Below are positions 63,801-64,000 of a stretch of 64,000 bases of DNA, one piece after another (positions within the stretch are counted from its first letter, which is position 1; each line of letters opens with the position of its first letter). Where the stretch lies: contig OX597829.1 in the NCBI GenBank assembly GCA_951406725.2, positions 11,904,001 to 11,968,000 of the forward strand, read 5' to 3'. A program made the translations under genes and the position numbers. The notes under the pieces are model-generated. The model was not told the origin of the DNA. It searched no databases and saw only the letters and a list, made by a program, of their open reading frames with translations. Source of the DNA: Octopus vulgaris. Lineage: Eukaryota.

Positions 63801-64000
63801 CCAGTACATGCAGACCGAACCATCAAGGCCAATAAACCAGATATTGTTGTGAAAGACCAAAACAATAAAGTTTGCTTATTGATCGACATGAGCATCCCCT
63901 GTGATCATAATATCTCAGCGAAAGAGTTTGACAAGCTCAGAAAATATAAAGACCTACTCATTGAAATTGAGAAAATGTGGCATCTCAAGGCAGTTACAAT
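60872..64000 (+). mobile_element. R4/Dong family B, second copy, 5'-truncated and running off the window
   Basis: Nearly identical to 28841-31960; intact YMDD and KPDI; 2-bp deletion near 62140. Confidence 0.95.

Noticed and set aside
1-64000. CRISPR array, tRNA/rRNA genes or host exons
   Set aside because: No repeat-spacer array is present; tRNA-like boxes belong to SINE heads; every motif-bearing ORF is transposon-derived. Small exons cannot be excluded.

Overview
AT-rich eukaryotic DNA made almost entirely of repeats, with no recognisable host gene. The SINEs and microsatellite load resemble octopus genomes; this is my recollection and has not been checked. The window contains: (1) the edge of a homogeneous 1336-bp satellite built from ~95-bp sub-repeats in both orientations (1-~7140); (2) a Tx1-clade LINE family sitting in (CT)n tracts (10-19 kb); (3) a second Tx1 family on the minus strand whose 3' ends abut (TAA)n tracts; (4) a chain of about 12 R4/Dong-type RT+RLE retrotransposon copies or fragments from roughly 7 families, all on the TAA strand and mostly linked by (TAA)n (26-64 kb); (5) CR1-like, RTE, mariner and Helitron relics and tRNA-derived SINEs; (6) Penelope-like GIY-YIG relics and at least six unrelated short non-coding repeats with minimal type-I hammerhead ribozyme motifs. 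The most notable feature is two tandem-plus-inverted hammerhead arrays (21751-22732, 362-bp unit; 23810-24868) that look like non-LTR retrozymes. In several elements the inversion junction falls at the ribozyme, in one case within 1-2 nt of the predicted cleavage site. Element boundaries were read by eye and are approximate.
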